A stretch of 64,000 bases of DNA from Candidatus Omnitrophota bacterium. Lineage in GTDB: Bacteria > Omnitrophota > Omnitrophia > Omnitrophales > Aquincolibacteriaceae. A program made the position numbers and the translations under genes. Each line of letters begins with the position of its first letter. Position 1 is the first letter of the stretch. Of this stretch, positions 26,580 to 35,171 are shown one piece after another. The notes under the pieces were generated by a model that was not told the origin of the DNA, did not search any database, and worked only from the letters and a program-made list of their open reading frames with translations. The DNA lies in NCBI GenBank assembly GCA_023247035.1, contig JAHFHG010000006.1, positions 298 through 64,297 of the forward strand. The letters run 5' to 3'.

Positions 26580-29500
26580 ATGGGTTTGCCGACTTTTTCT
26601 ATCAAAAGGCCCGTGCTCACAGGCACGCTTTTTTTAGCAGGCATGATCCTCGGCGGCATTTCGATTTTCCGCCTTCCGGTGGAGCTTTACCAAGGGCAGA
26701 ACCAGTCGATTGTCAGCATTATTGTCCACGCCCGAGGCGGCCTGCATCCCGAAGAAGTCGAAAAGCGGATCACCAAGCCCATTGAAGAGGCTGTGGCCAC
26801 GGTCGGCCATTTGAAAAGCCTCTATTCCAATTCGAGGGAGGCGGAGTCGCGGATCACGATGGAATTCGAGACCGGCACGGATATGAATTTCGCGGCCCTT
26901 GAAGTCCGGGAAAAATTTTCCCGGGTCAAACCGCTTCTGCCTAAGGAAATTGAAAAGCCGGTCATTGCCAATTATGACGACAGCCTGGGGGCCATTTTTA
27001 TTTTTGCGCTGACCGCCTCGGCTTTATCTCCGGAAGAGACGCGCGAGCTTGTCGAGTCCGAGCTCAAACCGATCCTGAGCCGCGTGGACGGAGTTGCAAG
27101 CGTTGAAGTCTACGGCGGGCGGGAGCGGAAGATTTTAGTCGAGTTGGACCGCGATAAAATGTTCGCCTACAACATTTCGGTGGAGAGGGTGATGGACATT
27201 CTCGGCCAGAGCAATATCAATCTTCTGGCGGGCAAGGTCGGGGCCGGAAAGATCGAATTTGCAATCCGGACCATGGGCGCTTTTAAAACGGTCGAGGAGG
27301 TCGGCGAGGTCGGCATCCAAGGCACGCGCCAGGGATCCATTATCCCCTTAAAAGAAATCGCGACGGTCAAAGATGCTTACCTCGAACCCGCGGATTATGC
27401 CCGCCTCAATCTGGAGCAGAATGTGACGGTCTACGTTAAAAAGACAAGTTTTGCGAACACGATTCCCGTGGTGAAGACCGTGCGCGCGGTTTTGGATCAA
27501 TTCGAAGAGGCCCACAAGGACAAGCTCGACGTGGTCATTGTCACGGACAAGGCCGGGATTATTTCAAAGGCCATTGACGAGGTGAAAGGAACCCTTTACG
27601 TGGGAATGGCGCTTACGGTGCTTCTGATTTATATCTTCCTCCGGCAGTGGGTCCTTTCCTTGATCGTGCTTCTTGCGCTGCCCATTTCGGTGATCACGAC
27701 GTTTATTTTTATGGATTTTATGGGGATCAGCATCAATGTGATGACGCTCAGCGGGCTTTCCCTGGCCCACGGGATTTTAGTCGACAGCGCGATTGTGATC
27801 CTTGAAAACGTTTTTGTAAAAAAGGAGCGCGGGTTTTCGGATTTGCGTTCGATCCGCGAAGGCTCGGAGGAAATGTGGCTTCCGCTCCTGACTTCCCTGA
27901 TCGCCACTTTGATTGTTTTCCTGCCGATTATTTTCATTGATAAGAAAATCCAAATCCTTTATGCGGGATTTGCCTTGACGGTAAGCATGTCCCTGATCGT
28001 GGCGTTTTTCGTGGCGCAAATGCTGGTGCCCGTGCTTTTGACCCAGTGGGCGAAGGGGAAAATCCGTGTCCGCAAGAATCTGGAATCGGGGACGGCGGGC
28101 CGGCTGAAGAAAAGCTATGAATGGATTATGCGGCGAAACCTGCGCTACCGCTACCCTGTGGCCGGCGTTTTTGTCTTCCTTTTTGTTTTTTCAACCTGGC
28201 AGATCGGCCATAAAGATATCGATACCCCGAACACGTACGAAGAAAATGAATTTTCGATCATTGTTTTTCCCCTGGCGGGCGCGCGGCTTGAGGCCAATGA
28301 CGATGCGGTCAGAAGAATTGAAACGTTGCTCCACAAAATCCCGGACGTCGAGATGTTTTCTTCCACCGTGCGTAAAGACGACGTACGTATTTTTGTCAAA
28401 CTTCATCCCAAGGCGAAGCGCGCTTATTCCAAAGACGAGATTATGAAGCTGGTCGATGAGCAGGGCAATGAATCCATCAAGGAAATCCACGACGATTACA
28501 GTTTGATTATCGATGAAGGAGAAAGCTCCAGTGAGCAGAAGAAGATGGTGGTCAATATCTTCGGGCACGAGAATGATCAACTGGAAAAGCTGGCGACGGA
28601 GTTCGCCAAAAGAATGGGGCAGGTGCCGGGTTTGGTCAATATCGTGATGACCGATTTAAGAAAGCGGCCTGAATATTCCGTGGTCGTGGACAAAGGGCGG
28701 GCGGCTTATTACGGGCTGAACGTCGAGGCGATCGCCAATTCCTTGCACGCGCAGGTGCGCGGGATGCGGCCTACGAAATTTCACGAATTAACGAGCGGGG
28801 AGGAAATCGAGACGATTACACGGCTCCAGGCCATTTACCGCCAGAAGATCGAGGACCTGCAGTCCGTTTATGTGGCCACCAAGTTCGAAAATCAGGTCCC
28901 GCTCGGCGAGATCGCCAATTTTTATCCCGCCACGGGGCCTCAAACCATCGACCGCAAAGACAAATACCGTTACGTTTTCGTCAAAGGGGATTGCAAGGGA
29001 GCGCTGGAGACGGTGGCCAAAAAAGTCAAAGAGGCCTTGCGGGACGTTCAACTGCCGGACGATTATTATTGGCGCTTCGGCGGAAGTTATGAGCTCCTGA
29101 TGCAGGGCAAATCGCAATTGACACTGGCCTTAATCCTCACCGTTTTTCTGGTCTATATGGTGATGGCCTGTCTTTTTGAAAGCTATCTGCAGCCCATTCT
29201 GATTATGATCTCGGTCCCGATGGCTACGATCGGGATTTGGCTTGCCCTGGCGCTGACGCGCAAACACTTGAGCGAAAATGTTTTTATCGGGATGATCCTT
29301 CTTGCGGGATATGTAGTCAATGCGGCGATTATCCTTGTCGATCATATGAATCACCTTAAAACCGAAGGATTGCCGGCCGAAGAGGCATTGATCCGGGCCG
29401 GAATGGACCGTCTGAGGCCGATCATCATGACAACGCTTTCGACAAGCCTGGGATTTTTGCCTATGGCCATGAGCTGGGGGCAGTCAAGCGACCTGTGGTC

Positions 29501-29669
29501 CCCTTTAGCCGTAACGGTCATCGGAGGCCTTTTGAGTTCGACCCTGCTCACCCTTTTCGTGCTCCCTAATTTCATCCTGATTGCGGAAGGAATGACCGAA
29601 AAAGTCAATAAGACCGCTTCAGCGATTGGCCGTTTATTTTTAATCTTGAAGCACCGTTTTGGATTTTAA
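26580..29669 (+). CDS. RND efflux permease 2 (AcrB/MdtC-like)
   Basis: PEEVEKRITKPIEEA, GILVDSAIVILENV, RLRPIIMTT, PLAVTVIGGL. Confidence 0.93.
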   Translation: MGLPTFSIKRPVLTGTLFLAGMILGGISIFRLPVELYQGQNQSIVSIIVHARGGLHPEEVEKRITKPIEEAVATVGHLKSLYSNSREAESRITMEFETGTDMNFAALEVREKFSRVKPLLPKEIEKPVIANYDDSLGAIFIFALTASALSPEETRELVESELKPILSRVDGVASVEVYGGRERKILVELDRDKMFAYNISVERVMDILGQSNINLLAGKVGAGKIEFAIRTMGAFKTVEEVGEVGIQGTRQGSIIPLKEIATVKDAYLEPADYARLNLEQNVTVYVKKTSFANTIPVVKTVRAVLDQFEEAHKDKLDVVIVTDKAGIISKAIDEVKGTLYVGMALTVLLIYIFLRQWVLSLIVLLALPISVITTFIFMDFMGISINVMTLSGLSLAHGILVDSAIVILENVFVKKERGFSDLRSIREGSEEMWLPLLTSLIATLIVFLPIIFIDKKIQILYAGFALTVSMSLIVAFFVAQMLVPVLLTQWAKGKIRVRKNLESGTAGRLKKSYEWIMRRNLRYRYPVAGVFVFLFVFSTWQIGHKDIDTPNTYEENEFSIIVFPLAGARLEANDDAVRRIETLLHKIPDVEMFSSTVRKDDVRIFVKLHPKAKRAYSKDEIMKLVDEQGNESIKEIHDDYSLIIDEGESSSEQKKMVVNIFGHENDQLEKLATEFAKRMGQVPGLVNIVMTDLRKRPEYSVVVDKGRAAYYGLNVEAIANSLHAQVRGMRPTKFHELTSGEEIETITRLQAIYRQKIEDLQSVYVATKFENQVPLGEIANFYPATGPQTIDRKDKYRYVFVKGDCKGALETVAKKVKEALRDVQLPDDYYWRFGGSYELLMQGKSQLTLALILTVFLVYMVMACLFESYLQPILIMISVPMATIGIWLALALTRKHLSENVFIGMILLAGYVVNAAIILVDHMNHLKTEGLPAEEALIRAGMDRLRPIIMTTLSTSLGFLPMAMSWGQSSDLWSPLAVTVIGGLLSSTLLTLFVLPNFILIAEGMTEKVNKTASAIGRLFLILKHRFGF

Positions 29670-29692
29670 GCCCTGAACCGGAGGAGAGAATC

Positions 29693-30304
29693 ATGAACGA
29701 GAAAAAAACAGTTTCAACCGTCTCTACACCCGCCGCGGCGCACAGAAGGCCTTACCGAAGACGGGTCAGGAATATCCTGATCCATAAACCGATGCAGCGC
29801 GAATTTTCCTTTATCCTTGTGGCCCTTCTTATGATTTCCATATTGGCTGTCGCCTTTGTGATCCACACCACGGTCCGCGAAGTCGCGACCGGGGGCGGTT
29901 ATCAGTTCGGCAAGATCAGCCCGTACGGAATGCTCTCGGATTTGAGTTATAAATTATTATTCCGCGTCAGCTGCATTCTTTTTGCGACGTTAATCGTCGT
30001 CGGATTTTTCGGAGTCTTTTTTCTGCACCGCGTGGCGGGCCCGGTCTACCGGTTCCGCCAAATTTTTTTAAGGCTCAACGACGGCGAGATTCCCGGCCCT
30101 ATTACGCTGCGGGAAGGGGATTTCTTTACGGAAACCGCGTGGGAAATCAACCGTCTCATTAAAAGGCTTGAGTTCGAGCGGGAAAAATCAAAACAGGTAC
30201 GGGAAAAACTGGGGGAAATGACGGCTGCAAAATCCCAGGAGAGAACCGAAAAATCCGCGGGGGAACTTAAGTCTTTGGTCGAGAAGGAATACGAAGAGAC
30301 ATAG
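29693..30304 (+). CDS. Two-TM membrane protein with HAMP-like segment
   Basis: GGAG RBS, two hydrophobic helices, HRVAGPVYRF...LREGDFF..TAWEIN. Confidence 0.75.
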   Translation: MNEKKTVSTVSTPAAAHRRPYRRRVRNILIHKPMQREFSFILVALLMISILAVAFVIHTTVREVATGGGYQFGKISPYGMLSDLSYKLLFRVSCILFATLIVVGFFGVFFLHRVAGPVYRFRQIFLRLNDGEIPGPITLREGDFFTETAWEINRLIKRLEFEREKSKQVREKLGEMTAAKSQERTEKSAGELKSLVEKEYEET

Positions 30305-30320
30305 AGGGCCGCTAAAATAA

Positions 30321-30436
30321 GGCGGGGCAGCGCGCGTCCCCGTCCTTCCGCCGGAACGTTGGGAGCCCGATACCCGACGGGATTAGGATTGAGAACTTTT
30401 CAGGACGATTCCCGCTCTGCGCCACCCCCCTCCGCC
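30321..30436 (-). ncRNA. Candidate structured RNA (~116 nt), family unassigned
   Basis: Minus strand pairs GGGGTGGCGC with GCGCTGCCCC (G-U pairs on this strand only) and CGTCCT with AGGACG. A promoter-like element lies just upstream. Confidence 0.4.
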
Positions 30437-30441
30437 TTTCA

Positions 30442-30470
30442 ACTTTCGCAGAGAGACTCATGCCTGTTAA
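30442..30470 (-). promoter_or_regulatory. Possible sigma70 promoter for the candidate ncRNA
   Basis: TTAACA-17nt-GAAAGT with TG extension; the -10 match is weak. Confidence 0.3.
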
Positions 30471-30844
30471 GCACAGCATCTTTGAGCATTCATGCGCAAG
30501 GGCCGCAAGAAAATCGCGAAGAACTTGTAAGGTTGAAAAAATAACTGTAAATTTTAAAAACTTATCAGCCCGGAAGAAATTATCCCAACCTGCTATGCAA
30601 AATAAAAAGCGCGGCAAAAATTTTTCATCCGTCAAGGGCCTTATCGCAGTTTTCCTGTCTATTTCCTTATCTCTAATGAAGAAAGGCTCCTGAGTTTCAC
30701 GCCGCGATTTTCTCCTGCTTTTGAATCCCGAGTTCACGTTGAATCGCCAGCCGCAGCTCGGGTAAATATTTCATTCCCTGGACTCTCCGCCGCTGATTGA
30801 TTCAAAACGCGAAGCTCTTTGCAAAATTTGCGGAACTCAAGATC

Positions 30845-32050
30845 TTAAGATAAATTATTATCAAGAAGAAACTTTTGAAGCGCTTTTTTATAGGCGTGAG
30901 ATATTTTAAATATATCATCATTATGTGAGCCTCGGAACGGCAAAAATTCTTTGGGGGAAAGCGCTGTACGATAAAGCAGCATGGCATCTGAAAATGCAAT
31001 TTCCTCATCATCCAAACCATGGACAAATAATTTGGGAATCCGAATCGCTCTTATTTTTGATAAGGCATCGAATTTTTCCAGCAGTAAAAAATCAACCGGC
31101 AATAAAGGGTACAAATGTTTTGCTTTTAGGACGGCCGAAACGATCGAACTTTCCAAGACTAGGGCCTTCGCCTTTCTTCGGAGGCACAATTCAGAAGCAA
31201 CGGCGCCCCCCAGAGATTCGCCAATCACAACAATTTTGTCCGCATTCACATCATTTCTGGAAATTAAATAATCATACGCCGTTTGGGCGTCTTTATAAAA
31301 CCCATCTTCACTGGGCCAGCCAGAACTATTCCCGTATCCTCGATAATCAAACATCATAAGGTTTACTCCCAAATCGTGGAAAAATCTTACTCTCGCCAAT
31401 TGCGCGCTGAGATTTCCGCTATGGCCAGGACAAAACAAAAAAGTGACGTCGGCATTTTTTGCTGGAATAAACCACCCGTTTATATTTTGATTATCCGGCG
31501 TTTTAAAATTTACATCTTCGTAAAAGATATTGATACTTTCAGGGGTTGCATAGATTAGCGGGTTCGGGAGATAGAGTTGTTTCCGTTGTAGATAAATGAC
31601 ATGGAGGGAAAGAGCAATAAAAACAGCCAATAATAGAATGGCGCCATTTCGAAAATAAAAAGCGACTTTATGCCACCCCTTATCCGTTACCCGGCGATCC
31701 TTATTTCTTGAAAAAAGTTCCACGGCTGTCATGAAAACAACCGCTACATTATATCGCCCGCCCCCCGCATCCTCGACGCGCAGCACCTTGCCAATCGGTT
31801 GATTCTCCAGGGTCAAAATTTTCTCTTTCATTTTTTTAACGGCCTCAATGTTGAGGAGGGACGGGGCAAGCGCTATGATGCTTGATAACTCAGGCCGACC
31901 CTTGCTGGGGAAAATGATGCCCGCATCGCTTAATCTGTTTGAAATGGTGTCGGTCAATTTAAATGCGGCGATAGTTTTTTCATCGAATAATACTTTTGAG
32001 TAATCTATCGGCTTGTCATCTTGAATCGTATAAAAATCTAATTCTTCCAT
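30845..32050 (-). CDS. Alpha/beta hydrolase (ABHD13/BEM46-like) with N-terminal degenerate PilZ-like domain and TM helix
   Basis: FDYRGYGNSSG, GESLGG, HGLDDE, GSHND. N-terminal RLSDAGIIF...GKVLRV...YNVAVVF. Confidence 0.8.
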   Translation of the reverse strand: MEELDFYTIQDDKPIDYSKVLFDEKTIAAFKLTDTISNRLSDAGIIFPSKGRPELSSIIALAPSLLNIEAVKKMKEKILTLENQPIGKVLRVEDAGGGRYNVAVVFMTAVELFSRNKDRRVTDKGWHKVAFYFRNGAILLLAVFIALSLHVIYLQRKQLYLPNPLIYATPESINIFYEDVNFKTPDNQNINGWFIPAKNADVTFLFCPGHSGNLSAQLARVRFFHDLGVNLMMFDYRGYGNSSGWPSEDGFYKDAQTAYDYLISRNDVNADKIVVIGESLGGAVASELCLRRKAKALVLESSIVSAVLKAKHLYPLLPVDFLLLEKFDALSKIRAIRIPKLFVHGLDDEEIAFSDAMLLYRTALSPKEFLPFRGSHNDDIFKISHAYKKALQKFLLDNNLS

Positions 32051-32167
32051 ACTTATACTACCGATGTATCCTTAACTTTTGTCTGGAGGGATCGTCGAAA
32101 CGCGTTATGGGGCTCATCGCTTTCTTTTATACCGGGTCTTAAGGCGTTTATTTCTTTCGGGAAACCT

Positions 32168-32947
32168 CTACCAATATAAAAGCACTTGTCTTAAGGGGTC
32201 TGAAGACACCGTGAAATTTCCTGTATACGGAAAATCAAATAGAAGCATTGTAAAAAAAATCAAACCGACTAAGACTCCAAAAAGAAGAGCCGTTAATATT
32301 TTGGTTTTTAAATCCTCCGAAAAAAAGGCGAGGGAGAAAACAGTCACGACTTCTCCCACCAGCAGCACACACCACAATTGAGGATAAATGCCGATCTTGG
32401 AATTTTGAATGCGCGTGGCGCGGTTTTCGCGCAATTCGTATAATTTACGAATCGATTCTTGAAGAAAAACTTGCTCTCTGGCGTCTTTGGGCGAGTAAGT
32501 CGTAAAGATTTTCCATATTTTTTTTGAGGTTTCGATGGTGTGGAGATTAGGTTCACTTCGGGCCAAAGTTTTCCATTCTTCATTGATAATTGATTTTGTA
32601 TATTCTTCCAATAAAGCATGAATTTCTGTTTTAATAGCCGGTAAAAAAGCTTCGGTATTTCTGTTAATCTCTATGATACAGTTAGCCTCCTTCTGCACAT
32701 CCAGCTGCGTGCTCTTAAAACCTAGCCACGCCGTCACTAAAACGGTTATTAACAAGATCGAATAGATTATGGAATTGGTCCCAAAAATTAAATCCGTTAA
32801 AGGGCCGCCGTTTTTTTTCTTGCGAGCGGAAAAAATATAGTGGGAGAGCAACGTCGTAAGAATTGTCAAAAGAGCCGAGCCTGCAATGGCGCTAAGAGCT
32901 AAGGGGGTCGTGGGAATTTTCAGTAATAGCTGTTGCGTAAATGGCAT
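32168..32947 (-). CDS. DUF4239-like (bestrophin-like) membrane protein
   Basis: IYSILL..VLVTAW...EAN...Y...IINEEW...R..R...P.LW...LLFDFPYTG...VSSDP pattern. Confidence 0.7.
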   Translation of the reverse strand: MPFTQQLLLKIPTTPLALSAIAGSALLTILTTLLSHYIFSARKKKNGGPLTDLIFGTNSIIYSILLITVLVTAWLGFKSTQLDVQKEANCIIEINRNTEAFLPAIKTEIHALLEEYTKSIINEEWKTLARSEPNLHTIETSKKIWKIFTTYSPKDAREQVFLQESIRKLYELRENRATRIQNSKIGIYPQLWCVLLVGEVVTVFSLAFFSEDLKTKILTALLFGVLVGLIFFTMLLFDFPYTGNFTVSSDPLRQVLLYW

Positions 32948-33260
32948 CTTATCCTTTTTGTTGCGCGAACAAACAAGAGCTTGCTTTGTTCGATTCTTTA
33001 TTGAAATGGAGGTTGCAAATTGTAATTATAAAAAGTTGCCGATGGAAAGAATCTGACAACCGGGGACGAGAAAAACTTTTTTTCCGCGTCATTCCCTTCT
33101 AACAAACGGCATTCTTCCCGCATATCTTAAGGCGCGTATCTCATGCCCGTATCACTTGCCGCATGGATTGCCTAAGAGTGCATTTGTAACGTTTCTCCCT
33201 TATGACACGTTTGGCGGAAAAAGCCGGCGGATCAACTTCTCGTTTATGAAAAACATTCAG

Positions 33261-33293
33261 AAAAAAAGCCGCAATGTTTCGAACGCAGCGGCC
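33261..33293 (-). terminator. Intrinsic terminator after ORF 33299-33697
   Basis: Minus strand gccgc...gcggc imperfect stem followed by T7, a few nt after the TAA. Confidence 0.55.
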
Positions 33294-33298
33294 TTTCC

Positions 33299-33697
33299 TT
33301 ATTGAATACTCGTCGGGATGCCTGCCCGTATGGGGCGGCTCAAACGACGTGGGAATAATTGTTTTATCGTGGGTTTGTTTCCAACCCTTGATAAAAGAAA
33401 GGATCGGACTGGAAACCGAAAAGTTCTTGCAGCGCGGCCTGACTCAGGACGTCCCGGTCGTCGACTTCCGGTGGCGGACCCGGACGTGAAATTAATTTGC
33501 CGTCTTGACAACGGATGCCAGAATGTTTGAGGGCATCGTCCGAGGCATCGTCCGAGTGCGGCATAGACAGCAATGACAATATCTCGAGCGTAAGAACGGT
33601 TGCAGTCGTCGGCAGAGCAATCCTTTCGGTTAGAAGGATGGTTGTTTTGCCTATCAGAACGACTCCGTTGAGCGAGACCTTGAATCAAATCAACCAC
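33299..33697 (-). CDS. Hypothetical 132-aa Arg/Ser-rich protein
   Basis: TAAGGAGG 5 nt before GTG and a terminator right after the stop. No recognisable domain. Confidence 0.4.
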   Translation of the reverse strand: MVDLIQGLAQRSRSDRQNNHPSNRKDCSADDCNRSYARDIVIAVYAALGRCLGRCPQTFWHPLSRRQINFTSGSATGSRRPGRPESGRAARTFRFPVRSFLLSRVGNKPTIKQLFPRRLSRPIRAGIPTSIQ

Positions 33698-33744
33698 TTA
33701 CGCCTCCTTATAACTGGAACAAAGCATTAGACTGAGCGGATTAG

Positions 33745-33764
33745 CCCCGCAGCTTGCTGCGGGG
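33745..33764. repeat. Perfect GC-rich hairpin, REP/IS200-IS605-end-like
   Basis: CCCCGCAG-CTTG-CTGCGGGG. Confidence 0.5.
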
Positions 33765-33957
33765 TAAGCGAGTTCACTTCACAAGCTGACAAACTGTGAT
33801 TTTTTAAACGTTTGAAATTCGAGTGACAGCAGCGAGTCCAGTTGTGTTTTGTAAGTCGAATGAGTTTTTTGCAAGCAGTTGATGATTGCGGTGCGGAAAC
33901 TGGAAAACTCAGAGTAATATCGGGAATAAAGATTCCGACCTTCCCGCTTGACTTCGT

Positions 33958-33966
33958 TGGTATAAT
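33958..33966 (+). promoter_or_regulatory. Extended -10 promoter of the nusA operon
   Basis: TGGTATAAT (TGnTATAAT) upstream of the leader hairpin. Confidence 0.55.
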
Positions 33967-33990
33967 AAACCGCTATTTTAAGCTAGAGAT

Positions 33991-34024
33991 AGAAGTGGGC
34001 AAATCTGCCCACTTCTTTTGTTTT
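33991..34024 (+). promoter_or_regulatory. rimP/nusA-leader terminator-like hairpin
   Basis: agaagtgggca-aatc-tgcccacttct plus T-rich tail. Matches the AGTGGGC..GCCCACT leader typical of rimP-nusA-infB operons. Confidence 0.7.
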
Positions 34025-34043
34025 AAGGGAATTTAAGACGCCT

Positions 34044-35171
34044 ATGAATAAAGATCTCATTTCTTCACTGGAATATATCGAGAAAGAAAAAGGGATTCCC
34101 AAAGCGATCCTTTTGGACGCCCTCCGCCAGGCGCTTCTTTCAGCCTGCCGGAAAACTTACCCTAATCAAGAAGAGGATTTTCAAGTTCAAATCGATCCGC
34201 AAACCGGCGCTATCCAATTAGTCCGTCAAGGCCAAGTCATCGAAGATGCCGATTTCGGGCGTATTGCGGCTCAGACGGCCAAGCAAGTGATCATCCAAAA
34301 AATCCGCGAGGCTGAAAGAGAAACCATCTTTGACGAGTACCATAAACGGGTCGGAGATATTGCCACCGGAACGGTACATCGGATTGAACGGAAGGCCCTG
34401 ATTGTGGATTTTGGAAAAACAGAAGGAATTCTTCCCGCCCGCGAGCAGTCGCCGCAGGATCATTACCGGCAGGGCGATCTGATCCGCGCTTACGTGCTCG
34501 AGGTGAAAAAAACCCCGCGGGGGCCGGAGATCATCTTGTCGCGCGCCCACTCAGGCCTCGTCAAAAGGCTTTTTGAACAGGAAGTCCCCGAGATTCACGA
34601 CGGCATTGTACGGGTTCAGGCTGCGGCCCGCGAGGCAGGTTCCCGGACCAAAATGGCGGTTTCTTCAACCGACACAAAAATTGATTGCGTGGGTTCGTGT
34701 GTGGGCGTCCGCGGGCAGCGGGTGAAAAATGTCGTCCGGGAATTGGGAGGGGAAAAAATTGATATCATCCGTTACAGCGAAGATACCGAAACTTATATCA
34801 AATCCGCAATGGCCCCTGCGGAGCTGGCTGAAATCCGCCTGGATTCCAGGAACAAAGCGGCGGAAATTATTGTCGAAGACGACCAGCTTTCCCTTTCGAT
34901 AGGAAAAAAGGGGCAGAATGTACGGCTGGCCTCCAAGCTGGTCGGCTGGAAACTGGACGTGAGGAGCCGGAGCCAGAAGATACCGTTAGGCTCTTTAGAT
35001 GGCGTGGGCGCAAAGACCGAGTCCCTTCTTAAAGAGAACGGGATACAAGGAGTTAAGGATTTGTTGAAAGCCAATCCTGAAGATCTTATGAAAATCCAGG
35101 GCATTGGGCAGAAAACCGCGGAGAAAATTATCGCGGCCGCTCATCGAGCTATCCTGGAGAAAAGGCCGTAA
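34044..35171 (+). CDS. nusA: Transcription termination factor NusA
   Basis: FGRIAAQTAKQVI.QKIREAER, S1 and KH domains (SLSIGKKGQNVRLASKL), C-terminal HhH. Confidence 0.97.
   Translation: MNKDLISSLEYIEKEKGIPKAILLDALRQALLSACRKTYPNQEEDFQVQIDPQTGAIQLVRQGQVIEDADFGRIAAQTAKQVIIQKIREAERETIFDEYHKRVGDIATGTVHRIERKALIVDFGKTEGILPAREQSPQDHYRQGDLIRAYVLEVKKTPRGPEIILSRAHSGLVKRLFEQEVPEIHDGIVRVQAAAREAGSRTKMAVSSTDTKIDCVGSCVGVRGQRVKNVVRELGGEKIDIIRYSEDTETYIKSAMAPAELAEIRLDSRNKAAEIIVEDDQLSLSIGKKGQNVRLASKLVGWKLDVRSRSQKIPLGSLDGVGAKTESLLKENGIQGVKDLLKANPEDLMKIQGIGQKTAEKIIAAAHRAILEKRP

Noticed and set aside
30321-30436. Assignment as SRP 4.5S RNA, 5S rRNA or glycine riboswitch
   Set aside because: The length fits, but the CAGG-GGAA-GCAG, CCGAAC/GAUGGUA and GGAGA..CCGAAG cores are absent.
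30312-30737. ORFs 30312-30737(-), 30359-30544(+) and 30460-30693(+)
   Set aside because: No RBS, no recognisable motif, mutually overlapping.
30719-30807. Second possible RNA structure (ttttgaatc/gattcaaaa and cccgagtt/agctcggg)
   Set aside because: Only two short stems, no known motif and no promoter support.
33640-33660. c-di-GMP-I riboswitch on the minus strand (ggcaaa...gaaagg)
   Set aside because: The P2 stem and the GCAAA/P3 elements cannot be built.
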